The notes beneath the pieces are model-generated. The model ran no database searches, was not told the origin of the DNA, and saw only the letters and a list, made by a program, of their open reading frames with translations. The position numbers and the translations under genes were made by a program. Of a stretch of DNA of 64,000 bases, positions 19,848 through 29,317 are shown piece by piece. This stretch comes from Planctomycetota bacterium (GTDB taxonomy: Bacteria; Planctomycetota; UBA1135; JAKEFM01), in contig JAKEFM010000003.1 in assembly GCA_022616055.1 (NCBI GenBank), positions 5,091 to 69,090 of the forward strand, given 5' to 3'. The first letter of the stretch is position 1, and every line of letters begins with the position of its first letter.

Positions 19848-21515
19848 TCAGTCGGAGCCGCGAAGCCCCGCCGGAAGGAGCTCGCTCACGCGCAGGTCGC
19901 GCGGCGTTCCCGCCTCCGGGGAGAGCGTCCCGGCGAGGAGGTCGCCCTCGCGCAGGTGCGGCGCCAGGGCGAGGTCGACGCGGGCGTGGATCGGGTCCGC
20001 CGAGGACCCGTCGGCCGGATCGACGACGAGTTCCCCGGCGCCGGAGGCCGGGGCGAGCCGGACGAGGAAGCGGCTCGAGGCGGCAGGCGGTCGCCGGGCG
20101 GAGGAGGCATTGACGGCCCGGAAGGCGAAGGCTCGGCGAAGGTCGGAATCGAGGGTGCGCAGGGCGGGCTCGCAGCGGCCGAAGGCGTCGATCCCCTGCT
20201 CGGCCCTCCCCCACCGGAGGAACTCCTCGACGGCGGCGAGGGTCTGGAGGGCCTCCTGCTGGGCGGGGGGGCCGGGGGCGGGATGGAGCACGTCGAGGGC
20301 GAAGCGCCGCAGGTGCTCGGGCTCGAGACGCTCGAGGAGGTCGAGGGGCGGGACGATCCGCTCGGAGAGGTAGCGGCCGAAGGAGCGAAGTCCCGCCTCC
20401 CGGGCCGAAGGCACGGGGGAGGCCCCGCGGGAGCGTTCCCAGAGGTGCTCCTCGATGAGGGGCGCCAGGTTTCCGGCGGTCCCCTCGAGGGCGGGGTCGG
20501 GGGGCTCCTCCGCCTCGGGCTCCCCCTCGAGGTCGAGGTCGCGCTCGAGCCGATCGAACAGTTCCTCCAGGTTCTCGCCCCGCGCCCGGCCGCGTTCGAA
20601 CGCCTCGACGGCGGCACAGGCATCCCGGGGGCGTTCGTCGTCTCGGCGACGGACGGCGGGGGTCGCGCCGGGCTCGGAGACCTCCCGGCGGGTCTCCTCC
20701 CACAGCGCCCACAGCGCGGTGCGCGCCCGGTCGAGGTCGACGCGGGTCTCGAACGCGAGCCGGTCGAGAAGCGGCCCGATCACCATCCCCGGCCGCCCGG
20801 CCTCGGCGAACATCCGCCGGAGGTCCTCGACACCAAGCCCGGCGAGGCCGTCGGCACCGAGGAGCGCGCGGAGCTCCGCCTCCGGCCCGTCCCCCCCGCC
20901 AGGCGGCACGGGCCAGAGGAGCCGCTCGATCTCGCGCTGGGAGAGCCGCGCCGTCGGATCGGCCGCGTGCGCGCGGGCAAGGTCCGCCCCGAGGGCGTCG
21001 CGCAGCTCCTTGCTCCGGAAGCAGGCGACGGCCCCCGAGAGGAGGAACTCCTCCCCCTCGAGCCCGGAGGTGCCGGGGATCGGGAAGAGCCGCCCGACGA
21101 GGGTGTCGCCGACCTCGACGAGCGCCTGCGCCTGGTCCTCGCGGAGGGCGATCGTGCGGCCCCGCAGGAGGTCGGTCACCGTCATCCCGGACCCCGGCGC
21201 GAGGGACTCGATCTCGAAGACCCCGAAGACGTTCTCCGCCATTCCCTCGAGCATGTCGCGCAGGTGGACGGGGAGGTCCTCCGCCGAGCGCCGAAGGAAG
21301 GTGAGGTAGGGGACCTCGCCGTAGCGCGCGCTCGGCCGCTCGAAGAGGAACCATTCGAGGAAGCGCGCCTCCGCGACCCCCGACGGCGCGCTCGGAGCGC
21401 CGAAGTACTCCATCCGGGCGGGGGCGACCTCCTCGGAGAGGTCCTCGTCCTGCTCGAGGAAGGAGCGCAGGCTGCGGAGGCAGTTCTCGAGGAGGTCGCG
21501 CGCGGCGAATTTCAT
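19848..21515 (-). CDS. Conserved hypothetical protein (N-terminal domain resembling SEC-C-associated proteins; possible SAM-like helical domain)
   Basis: Host-like codon usage; FLEWFLFER, GVFEIES...VTDLLRG...GDTLVGRLFP; later LRSFGRYL...LEPEHLRRF...LAAVEEFLRW. Start could also be TTG 21524. Confidence 0.75.
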   Translation of the reverse strand: MKFAARDLLENCLRSLRSFLEQDEDLSEEVAPARMEYFGAPSAPSGVAEARFLEWFLFERPSARYGEVPYLTFLRRSAEDLPVHLRDMLEGMAENVFGVFEIESLAPGSGMTVTDLLRGRTIALREDQAQALVEVGDTLVGRLFPIPGTSGLEGEEFLLSGAVACFRSKELRDALGADLARAHAADPTARLSQREIERLLWPVPPGGGDGPEAELRALLGADGLAGLGVEDLRRMFAEAGRPGMVIGPLLDRLAFETRVDLDRARTALWALWEETRREVSEPGATPAVRRRDDERPRDACAAVEAFERGRARGENLEELFDRLERDLDLEGEPEAEEPPDPALEGTAGNLAPLIEEHLWERSRGASPVPSAREAGLRSFGRYLSERIVPPLDLLERLEPEHLRRFALDVLHPAPGPPAQQEALQTLAAVEEFLRWGRAEQGIDAFGRCEPALRTLDSDLRRAFAFRAVNASSARRPPAASSRFLVRLAPASGAGELVVDPADGSSADPIHARVDLALAPHLREGDLLAGTLSPEAGTPRDLRVSELLPAGLRGSD

Positions 21516-21570
21516 CGGCCGCAATTCTCGGACGGGCGCAGGGCCGATTCAAAGGCCCGGGGGGCTCGGC

Positions 21571-22326
21571 TCAGATCGCGAAGCGGTCCCCCTCGGCCGC
21601 GAGCCAGGCCGGGCCCTTGAATTCCGCCCGGACGCGCCCGAGGAGGTCGACGCCGTCGCACTCGGGATAGAAGTGCGTGAGGAGGAGGCGCCGCACGCCC
21701 GCCCCCTGCGCGAGCCGCCCCGCCTGGGTCGGTGTGAGGTGACCCTCGACCGCCGCCTCCTCGGGGAAGGAGCACTCGCAGAGGAAGAGGCCGACCCCGC
21801 GGACCAGGGCGGCGACGTCGGGGTGCTCGGGGGTGTCCCCGCTGTAGGCGAAGGAGGCGCCCCCTTCGAACTCGAATCGGTAGGCGAGGGCGTGGTCGGT
21901 GTGGTGGGTCTTCGCGACGCGCAGGAGGCATCCCTGCAGGGCGTGCTCCCCCGGGCCCACCTCGCGCACGCTCGCCCCCGGGTCGCGGACCCATCCGCCG
22001 AACATCCCCTCCGCCGCCTTCAGGAGTCGCGCGGTCCCCGCGGGGCCGACGATCTCGAGGGGACCCGCGCCGGAGAGCCGCGGGTTGCGTCGCGCGAAGA
22101 GGATGGCGAGGAGGTCGAGGCAGTGGTCGGGGTGGAAGTGCGTGACGAAGATCCGCCGGATCTCCTCGAGCGCGAGGCCGCAGGGGGCGAGCCGACGGAT
22201 GGTTCCCGGGCCTGGATCGACGAGGAAGACCTCCCCCGCGGCCACGCGGAGCGCGTAGCCCGCCGGCCCCCGCCGGGGGTGCGGGAGGATCGAACCGGTG
22301 CCGAGGACGAGAAGCTCGACGCTCAA
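21571..22326 (-). CDS. MBL-fold metallo-hydrolase (RNase Z/BN-like)
   Basis: LGTG, VDPGPGT, THFHPDH, YSGDT, ECSF, GHLT, LLTHFYP; TTG overlaps the galE stop. Confidence 0.9.
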   Translation of the reverse strand: MSVELLVLGTGSILPHPRRGPAGYALRVAAGEVFLVDPGPGTIRRLAPCGLALEEIRRIFVTHFHPDHCLDLLAILFARRNPRLSGAGPLEIVGPAGTARLLKAAEGMFGGWVRDPGASVREVGPGEHALQGCLLRVAKTHHTDHALAYRFEFEGGASFAYSGDTPEHPDVAALVRGVGLFLCECSFPEEAAVEGHLTPTQAGRLAQGAGVRRLLLTHFYPECDGVDLLGRVRAEFKGPAWLAAEGDRFAI

Positions 22327-23324
22327 CGGGACGAGCGCCCGCCCCGATCCCCGAACCCGTCGGGGTGCGCGCGGTGCCAGGCCCAGGCCGTCCCGACGAT
22401 CTCCTCGAGGCGCGGGAACCGCGGGGCCCATCCGAGCGTCGCGCGCGTCCGGGCGCCGTCGGCGACGAGGATCGCCGGGTCTCCGGGTCGTCGCGCGCGC
22501 ACCTCGACCCGGAGGGAGGCCCCCGTCGATTTCTGGCAGGCCTCGATCACCTCCCGAACGGAGTGGCCGGTTCCGGTCCCGAGATTGAGGGGGGCGCAGG
22601 CGCCTCCCGCGTCGAGGTGGCGCAGCGCGAGGATGTGGGCCTCGGCGAGGTCGTCCACGTGGATGTAGTCCCGCACGCAGGTGCCGTCGGGGGTCGGGTA
22701 GTCCGTCCCGTAGATCTCGACGAGGGGCTCCTTCCCGAGGGCCGCCTGGAGGACGCGCGGGATCAGGTGGGACTCGGGCGCGTGGTCCTCCCCGAGGTCC
22801 CCCTCCGGGGAGGCCCCTGCCGCGTTGAAGTAGCGGAGCGCGATCCAGCGCAGGCCGTAGGCGCGGGAGTACTCCCCCATCGCCCGCTCCGCCGCCGCCT
22901 TCGTCGAGGCGTAGGGGTTGATCGGCGCCACCGGATGGGTCTCGTCGATCGGCGTGCGGATTGGGTCTCCGTAGAGGGAGCAGGTCGAGGAGAAGACGAG
23001 CCGGTCGCACCCTCCCTCCCGCATCGCGTCGAGGAGGACGAGGGTGTTCCCGAGGTTGTTGCGCCAGTACTTGGCCGGATCGCTGACCGATTCGCCGACG
23101 AGGCAGGAGGCGGCGAAGTGGATCACGGCCCGCGGCTTCCTCTCGAGGAAGAGGCGCCGCAGACCCTCCCGGTCCCCGAGGTCGCCGCGCACGAACGGTC
23201 CCCTCACCGCCGCCGCGTGGCCCTCGGAGAGGTCGTCGAGGACGACGGTCTCGAACCCCTGGGCGCGGAGGCGCCGCACCGTGTGGCTCCCGATGTAGCC
23301 CGCCCCGCCCGTGACGAGGATCAC
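22323..23324 (-). CDS. galE: UDP-glucose 4-epimerase
   Basis: ILVTGGAGYIGSH, HFAA, FSSTCSLYG, YASTK, LRYFNAAGA, DGTCVRDYIHV. Confidence 0.96.
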   Translation of the reverse strand: MILVTGGAGYIGSHTVRRLRAQGFETVVLDDLSEGHAAAVRGPFVRGDLGDREGLRRLFLERKPRAVIHFAASCLVGESVSDPAKYWRNNLGNTLVLLDAMREGGCDRLVFSSTCSLYGDPIRTPIDETHPVAPINPYASTKAAAERAMGEYSRAYGLRWIALRYFNAAGASPEGDLGEDHAPESHLIPRVLQAALGKEPLVEIYGTDYPTPDGTCVRDYIHVDDLAEAHILALRHLDAGGACAPLNLGTGTGHSVREVIEACQKSTGASLRVEVRARRPGDPAILVADGARTRATLGWAPRFPRLEEIVGTAWAWHRAHPDGFGDRGGRSSR

Positions 23325-24742
23325 CGCGCTCCTCCCTCCCGCGCGGGGGGCCGCGGAGCGCCCCGCGCCTCGAGCCACGCCCGGGCCCGCCGCGCCGCCT
23401 CCCGCCGCGGGGCGGGATCGGGTGAAGAGGGATCCCCGAGGAAGAAGGCGCGCTCGGCGATCGACTCGACCGCCCGGCAGGCCGCCTCGGCGAGGGGGGA
23501 TTCCCCCGCCTCCATCGCCGCGACGAGATCGGGAAGCGCCTCCTCGACGCGCCACCGGCCGAGCCCCTCGCAGGTGGCGGCGCGGACGCGCAGATCGGGG
23601 TCGGACCGCAGGAGCGCGGGGAGGACCCGGGCCGCTAGCGCCCGGGAGCGCGCCCCGGCCTCCCGGGCCGCGAGGGCCCGCACCGAAGGATCCGCGTCCC
23701 GCAGCGCCTCCTGGAGGACCCGCGCGAGGCCCGGCACCTCGGCGCCGCACAGCGCCGAGAGCGCCTCCGCGCGCCGCTCGGGGGAAGGATCGCCGCGGAG
23801 CACCGCGAGGACGTCGTCCGCGGAGGCGGTCCGGCGGCCGCTGCGCAGCTCCTCCCGGATCTCCTCGAGGGCGAGGTCGATCTCCGCGCGCGGGACCCGC
23901 GCGAGGAACTCCGGGCTCGCCTCGGCGGCCGTGCGCTCGAGGAGCGCGAGGGCGCGCTCGAGGCGGCCCGCCCTCCGGTAGAGGCCCGCCAGCTCGTAGA
24001 GGACGGCGGCGTCGAGTCGGCCGGTCCGAAGGAGCGCCTCGACTTCGGCGGCGGCCTCCTCCGGACGCCCCGCGGCGAGGATCGCCTGCGCGAGCCGGAT
24101 CCGGGCGCGGACGTTCGAGGGATCGCGCTCGAGGGCGCCCCGGAGGAGGGCGACCGCCTCCTCCGGCCTCCCCTCGTCGAGCGCGCGCCCGGCGAGCCAG
24201 AGCGCGGCGCGGGCGCCCTCCCCGTCCCTCCGGAGGAGATCCTCCGCCTCCCGCCGCGCCCCATCCCGATCCCCCGCGGACTCGAGGGCCCGCACGAGGA
24301 GGTACCTCGCCTCGAGGAAGCCCGGATCGAGGCAGAGCGCCGTCCGCAGCCGGGCGATCGCGGCCGGCAGCCGGCCCTGCTCGAGGTCGATCGAGCCGAG
24401 CCCGAGGTGGGGATGCGGGAACCGCGGGTCGGCCGCGATCGAGGCCTCGAACTCGAACGCCGCCTCCTCGAGCCGGCCCGCCCGCGCGAGCGCGCGGCCG
24501 CGGAGGTAGGCGCCCGCGGCGTCCCCGCGCTGCGGCACCGGGTAGCGCTCGACCACCTCGACCGGGGCGAGCCCCGAGGAGAAGAGGGCGTCCTGCTCCA
24601 CCTCGAGGCGCTCGGCGCGCGCGCGCGTCCCCTCCTCCCCCGCCGCCGGCGCGCGGGGAGAGGCGGGGGAAGCGCAGGCGGCCGCCAGGAGCCAGAGGGG
24701 GAGCGGGGAAGGGAGCGCCCAGGACCGATCCATCGCGCTCAT
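23321..24742 (-). CDS. TPR plus HEAT repeat lipoprotein
   Basis: LWLLAAAC lipobox; several TPRs followed by HEAT repeats (DADPSVRALAA, DPDLRVRAATCEGLG). Confidence 0.82.
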   Translation of the reverse strand: MSAMDRSWALPSPLPLWLLAAACASPASPRAPAAGEEGTRARAERLEVEQDALFSSGLAPVEVVERYPVPQRGDAAGAYLRGRALARAGRLEEAAFEFEASIAADPRFPHPHLGLGSIDLEQGRLPAAIARLRTALCLDPGFLEARYLLVRALESAGDRDGARREAEDLLRRDGEGARAALWLAGRALDEGRPEEAVALLRGALERDPSNVRARIRLAQAILAAGRPEEAAAEVEALLRTGRLDAAVLYELAGLYRRAGRLERALALLERTAAEASPEFLARVPRAEIDLALEEIREELRSGRRTASADDVLAVLRGDPSPERRAEALSALCGAEVPGLARVLQEALRDADPSVRALAAREAGARSRALAARVLPALLRSDPDLRVRAATCEGLGRWRVEEALPDLVAAMEAGESPLAEAACRAVESIAERAFFLGDPSSPDPAPRREAARRARAWLEARGAPRPPAREGGAR

Positions 24743-24793
24743 TTACGGCGGGCGCGCGTCCTCGATCAAGCGCGGGGACCAGCGCGCCGCGCG

Positions 24794-24822
24794 TTGCCCC
24801 GTCTCCTCCCCGCCGCTACTGT
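24794..24822 (+). promoter_or_regulatory. Sigma-70-type promoter of purC (leaderless-type)
   Basis: TTGCCC-17 nt-TACTGT, then 8 nt to ATG 24831; no SD. Confidence 0.55.
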
Positions 24823-24830
24823 CCCGCCGC

Positions 24831-25712
24831 ATGAGCGAGATCTACCTCGGCGGCGGCGTCGAGGGATTGCCTCGGGCGAGGGCGGGGAAGGTCCGGGACC
24901 TCTACGAGGCCGACGGGACGCTCCTCCTCGTCGCGACGGACCGGCTCTCCGCGTTCGACCACGTCCTGCGCGAGGGGATCCCGGGCAAGGGGAAGATCCT
25001 GACGCGCCTCTCGGCCTTCTGGTTCGCGCGCACGGCCGACGTGGTCCCGAACCACCTCCTCGGGACCGACGTCGATTCGGTCCCCGGCCTCCCCCCCGCG
25101 GCCCGCGAGCGCCTGCGCGGGCGCACGATGGTCGTCCGCAAGGCGGAGGTCCTCCCGTTCGAGTTCGTCGTCCGGGGCTACCTCACCGGCTCGGGACTCG
25201 CCTCCTACCGGGAGACGGGGGAGGTCTGCGGCGTGCGCCTCCCTCCCGGGCTCGGCGAGGCGAGCGCGCTCCCCGCCCCCATCCTGACGCCGACGACGAA
25301 GTCGACGAAGGACGTCCCGGTCACCTTCGAGGAGGTCGAGCGGGCGATCGGCTCGCCCCTCGCGCGCCGCGCGAGGGAGGCCGCGCTCGCCGTCTACCGG
25401 AGCGCGTCGGTCCACGCGCGGGAGCGGGGGATCCTGCTGGCCGACACGAAGTTCGAGTTCGGCGTCGCCGGCGGGGAGCTTCTCCTCGTCGACGAGTGCC
25501 TGACGCCCGATTCCTCGAGGTTCTGGCCGGCGGCGGGGTACACCCCCGGGAAGCCGCAGCCCTCCTTCGACAAGCAGGTCGTGCGCGACTACCTCCTGAA
25601 GACGGGCTGGGACCGGCGCTCGCCTCCCCCGCCGCTGCCGCCGGAGGTGGTCGCGCGGACCGCCTCCCTCTACGCCGAGATCTGCGAGCGCCTGACCGGA
25701 TCCTGCGCGTGA
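24831..25712 (+). CDS. purC: SAICAR synthetase
   Basis: GKVRDLY, ATDRLSAFD, VVRGYLTGS, ADTKFEFG, DECLTPDSSRFW, SFDKQ. Confidence 0.97.
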   Translation: MSEIYLGGGVEGLPRARAGKVRDLYEADGTLLLVATDRLSAFDHVLREGIPGKGKILTRLSAFWFARTADVVPNHLLGTDVDSVPGLPPAARERLRGRTMVVRKAEVLPFEFVVRGYLTGSGLASYRETGEVCGVRLPPGLGEASALPAPILTPTTKSTKDVPVTFEEVERAIGSPLARRAREAALAVYRSASVHARERGILLADTKFEFGVAGGELLLVDECLTPDSSRFWPAAGYTPGKPQPSFDKQVVRDYLLKTGWDRRSPPPPLPPEVVARTASLYAEICERLTGSCA

Positions 25713-26230
25713 GCGGATCCCCCTCTCCCACCGTCGCCGTCCTGCTCGGCTCGGACTCCGATCTGCCGAAGCTCCAGGGATGCTTCGAGGCCCTGGAATC
25801 GCTCGGGATCGCCTACGAGGTCCGCCTCCTCTCGGCCCACCGCTCTCCCGAGGCCCTCGAGGAATTCGTCGCGCAGGCACCTTCCCGAGGAACGCGCGTC
25901 TTCCTCTGCGCGGCGGGGGGCGCCGCCCACCTCGCAGGGACGGTCGCCGCGCGCACGGTCCTTCCCGTGATCGGGATCCCCGTCGAGGGGCCCCCCCTCG
26001 GCGGTCTCGACGCCCTCCTCTCGACCGTCCAGATGCCGGGCGGAGTCCCCGTCGCGACGGTCGGCGTCGGCGGCGGAGGGCCGAAGAACGCGGGGTTGCT
26101 CGCCGCGCGGATGCTCGCCCTCGCGGACGAGGACCTCGCCCGGCGCCTGACGGAGGAGCGCTCGAGGATGGCCTCCGCCGTCCTCGAGAAGGATCGGGCC
26201 ATCCGGGAGAAGCGCGGCCGCGGGCGCTGA
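25709..26230 (+). CDS. purE: N5-CAIR mutase
   Basis: GSDSD, SAHRSP, AGGAAHLAG, LPVIGIP, GLDALLSTVQMPGGVPVATV. Confidence 0.97.
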   Translation: MSGSPSPTVAVLLGSDSDLPKLQGCFEALESLGIAYEVRLLSAHRSPEALEEFVAQAPSRGTRVFLCAAGGAAHLAGTVAARTVLPVIGIPVEGPPLGGLDALLSTVQMPGGVPVATVGVGGGGPKNAGLLAARMLALADEDLARRLTEERSRMASAVLEKDRAIREKRGRGR

Positions 26231-26237
26231 ATCTCCC

Positions 26238-27311
26238 TTGCTCCCCCCGACGCTCGCCTGGGAGGGGGAAGTCCCGGGCCGGGTGCGGCTCCTCGACCAG
26301 ACGCTTCTCCCGGGCGAGATCGCCCTCCTCGAGATCCGGACCGCCTCGGGGATGGCGGACGCGATCCGCCGCCTCGCGATCCGGGGCGCGCCCGCGATCG
26401 GCGTGGCCGGCGCCTTTGGGCTGGTTCTCGGTCTCCAGGAAGAGGACGTCCCCGACGCCGCCGCGCTCCTCGCCCTCGGGCGCCGCACGGCCTCGTTCCT
26501 TCGCGCCACCCGGCCGACGGCGGTCTCCCTGGTCCGGGGCCTCGACCGCACGCTCGCCCGGGTGGAGCGCGAGTCGGCGGCCGGAGCCGCTCCCGACGCG
26601 CTCCGGCGCGCCGCCCTCGCGGAGGCCCGGGCGATCCTCGAGGAGGACCGGGAGGCCTGCCGGCGGATCGCGGAGGAGGGGTCCTCGCTCCTGAGGGACG
26701 GACAGGGTGTCCTCACCCACTGCAACACAGGCGCGCTCGCGACGACCGGGATCGGGACGGCCCTCGGGATCGTCCTGCATGCCCACGAGCGAGGGATGCG
26801 CCTGCGGGTCTTCGTCGGGGAGACGCGCCCCCTCCTCCAGGGCTCCCGCCTCACCGCCCTCGAGCTGCGGGCCGCGGGCGTGGAGGTGACCCTCCTCCCC
26901 GACTCCGCGGCCGGGAGCCTGCTCCGCTCCGGGAGGATCGGGGTCGTCCTCGTAGGGGCCGACCGGATCGCGCGCAACGGCGACGTCGCGAACAAGATCG
27001 GCACCTATCCCCTCGCGCTCCTCGCGCGCGAGCACGACGTCCCCTTCCACGTCGCCGCCCCGATCGAGACGATCGACCCGCGGATCGCCGCCGGCTCCGC
27101 GATCCCGGTCGAGGAGCGGGGCGAGGAGGAGGTCCTCTCCCTCGGCGGGAGGAGGGTCGCGCCCGAGGGGGTAAAGGTTTTCAATCCGGCGTTCGATGTA
27201 ACGCCCGCGCGACTGGTGACCGGGATCGTGACGGAGGCGGGGCGGATCCCCGCTCCGGACGAGGGGAGGGTAGTCGAGTTCCTCCACCGGTGCGGTCGCG
27301 CGAGGGAATAG
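26238..27311 (+). CDS. mtnA: Methylthioribose-1-phosphate isomerase
   Basis: LLDQTLLP, RGAPAIG, TRPTAV, THCNTGALA, ETRPLLQGSRLT, GADRIARNGDVANKIGTY, NPAFDVTP. Confidence 0.95.
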   Translation: MLPPTLAWEGEVPGRVRLLDQTLLPGEIALLEIRTASGMADAIRRLAIRGAPAIGVAGAFGLVLGLQEEDVPDAAALLALGRRTASFLRATRPTAVSLVRGLDRTLARVERESAAGAAPDALRRAALAEARAILEEDREACRRIAEEGSSLLRDGQGVLTHCNTGALATTGIGTALGIVLHAHERGMRLRVFVGETRPLLQGSRLTALELRAAGVEVTLLPDSAAGSLLRSGRIGVVLVGADRIARNGDVANKIGTYPLALLAREHDVPFHVAAPIETIDPRIAAGSAIPVEERGEEEVLSLGGRRVAPEGVKVFNPAFDVTPARLVTGIVTEAGRIPAPDEGRVVEFLHRCGRARE

Positions 27312-27397
27312 GGGCGCCGGCCCTCTCGGGAAGGGGAGGGCTCCGCGGAGCGATCCGCCGGGGCGAGGCCGGCCCTTCGAACACGAGGGAAACGACG

Positions 27398-27643
27398 ATG
27401 GGACGTCCCCGCAAGCGGATGAAGAAGGAAGCCGAGACTCCGAACCCGGAGTCGACGCTCCTCCTCGATCAGGACTCGGAGCCGACCGAGGCCGAGGCGG
27501 AGGTCCAGTCCGAGGAGACCCTCGAGTTCATCCGGGCGATCGACGAGTACCGCCGGATGAAGAACCGCCCCTTCCCGACCTGGACGGAGGTCTTCGGGAT
27601 CCTCCGCTCCCTCGGATACCGCAAGGGGCCGGCGGCGGACTAG
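27398..27643 (+). CDS. Small conserved Planctomycete-type protein (81 aa)
   Basis: GAGGG SD; C-terminal [34 protein letters not shown] resembles a family I recall from Planctomycetes. Confidence 0.8.
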   Translation: MGRPRKRMKKEAETPNPESTLLLDQDSEPTEAEAEVQSEETLEFIRAIDEYRRMKNRPFPTWTEVFGILRSLGYRKGPAAD

Positions 27644-28959
27644 GAGGCGTCCTTCCCCGCCCGTCCGAGGGCGGCGCCATAGCCGGCGTAGATCGGGAAC
27701 CGGCGGCAGAGGTCCCGGACCTTCTCGCCGAGGTCCCGGCGGACCGCCTCGTCGTCGCGGGCGCGGAGGCGTCCGTCGATGAGCCCGGCGATCTCGGCCA
27801 TCTCCCCCTCCCCCATCCCCCGGGTCGTCAGCGCGGGGGTGCCGAGCCGCAGGCCGCTCGTCTCCCGCGGCGAGCGCTCGTCGAACGGGATCAGGTTCTT
27901 GTTGACCGTGATCCCGATCGCGCCGAGCGCGTCCTCCGCCTCCCGGCCGCTCATCCCGGCGGGGCGCAGGTCGAGGAGGAATAGGTGGGTGTCGGTCCCC
28001 CCCGAGACGATCCGGTGGCCGCGCTCCGCGAGCGCCGCCGCCAGGACCGCGGCGTTGCGCACGACGGCGGCCTGGTAGCGGCGGAAGGGCTCCCCGGCCG
28101 CCTCGAGGAACGCGACCGCCTTCGCCGCGATCACGTGCATCAGGGGCCCCCCCTGGATGCCGGGAAAGACCGCCGAGTCGAGCTTCTTGCCGATGTCGGC
28201 CCGGCACAGGACGGCGCCCCCCCGCGGGCCGCGCAGGGTCTTGTGCGTCGTGAAGGTGACGACGTCGGAGACGGGGACGGGGCTCTCGTGCACGCCGGCC
28301 GCCACGAGCCCCGCGATGTGGGCCATGTCGACCATGAGTCGAGCGCCGACTTCCGTCGCGATCTCGGCGAAGGCTCCGAAATCGAGCCGCCGCGGATAGG
28401 CGCTCGCCCCCGCGAGGATCACGCGGGGCTTCCCCTCCCGGGCGAGGCGCCGCACCTCCGCCATGTCGATCGTCTCGCTCACCCGGGAGACGCCGTAGTG
28501 GACGATCTTGTAGGTCCGCCCCGCGAAGTTCTTCGGGTGCCCGTGCGAGAGGTGTCCGCCGTGGGCGAGGTCGAGGGAGAGGATCGTCTCCCCCGGCTCG
28601 GCGATCGCCATCAGCGCCCCCATGTTCGCCTGGGTCCCCGAGTGGGGCTGGACGTTGACGTGCTCTCCGCCGAAGAGGGCCCGGGCGCGATCCCGGGCGA
28701 GGGTCTCGACGCGGTCGGCGGGCCCGCATCCCCCGTAGTAGCGGGCGCCCGGGTACCCCTCCGCGTACTTGTTCGTGAGGAGCGAGCCGGTCGCCGCGAG
28801 GACGGCGGGGCCGACGTGGTTCTCCGAGGCGATGAGCTCGAGTCCCTCCTCCTCGCGCCGCCACTCCTCCGTCAGGGCCTCGTGGACCTCCGGGTCGAGC
28901 CGGGCGAGGGCCCGGAGGGGATCCCAGGCGTTGGGAGAGGAGGGGGCGGGGGCGCCCAT
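27640..28959 (-). CDS. glyA: Serine hydroxymethyltransferase
   Basis: [57 protein letters not shown]. Confidence 0.98.
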   Translation of the reverse strand: MGAPAPSSPNAWDPLRALARLDPEVHEALTEEWRREEEGLELIASENHVGPAVLAATGSLLTNKYAEGYPGARYYGGCGPADRVETLARDRARALFGGEHVNVQPHSGTQANMGALMAIAEPGETILSLDLAHGGHLSHGHPKNFAGRTYKIVHYGVSRVSETIDMAEVRRLAREGKPRVILAGASAYPRRLDFGAFAEIATEVGARLMVDMAHIAGLVAAGVHESPVPVSDVVTFTTHKTLRGPRGGAVLCRADIGKKLDSAVFPGIQGGPLMHVIAAKAVAFLEAAGEPFRRYQAAVVRNAAVLAAALAERGHRIVSGGTDTHLFLLDLRPAGMSGREAEDALGAIGITVNKNLIPFDERSPRETSGLRLGTPALTTRGMGEGEMAEIAGLIDGRLRARDDEAVRRDLGEKVRDLCRRFPIYAGYGAALGRAGKDAS

Positions 28960-28961
28960 GA

Positions 28962-29198
28962 TCACCGCTTCGCCGGAGCCGGCGTCCGGAACCAGGGCTC
29001 CTCGGGAGGGCGGACCCGCGGGAGGGGGGGAACCGCGATCCGCAGGTCGTCGACGGCACGCCGGTCCGCCTCCCGCTTCTCCTTCTCCAGGCTTTCGGCA
29101 CCCGCCGGCGGCGCGAGGAGCGCGCCGACCGAGCCGACGGCGACGAGGACGGCGAAGAGGAGGCAGGTCCGCGCGACCAGCTTCTCGCGGGGGCTCAA
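28962..29198 (-). CDS. Small hypothetical membrane/secreted protein
   Basis: 78-aa ORF with N-terminal hydrophobic helix, ending 2 nt before the glyA start. Confidence 0.55.
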   Translation of the reverse strand: MSPREKLVARTCLLFAVLVAVGSVGALLAPPAGAESLEKEKREADRRAVDDLRIAVPPLPRVRPPEEPWFRTPAPAKR

Positions 29199-29317
29199 GG
29201 GGGGGGCGAGAGGCGGCGCACTCTAGCGGGGCGGGGAGGCATTTCAACGCGCCCGGTGACCCCTCCGCCGCGCCCCGCTAATAATCGCTCGATCCCCGAC
29301 CCCGGAGCCCCTCGCCC

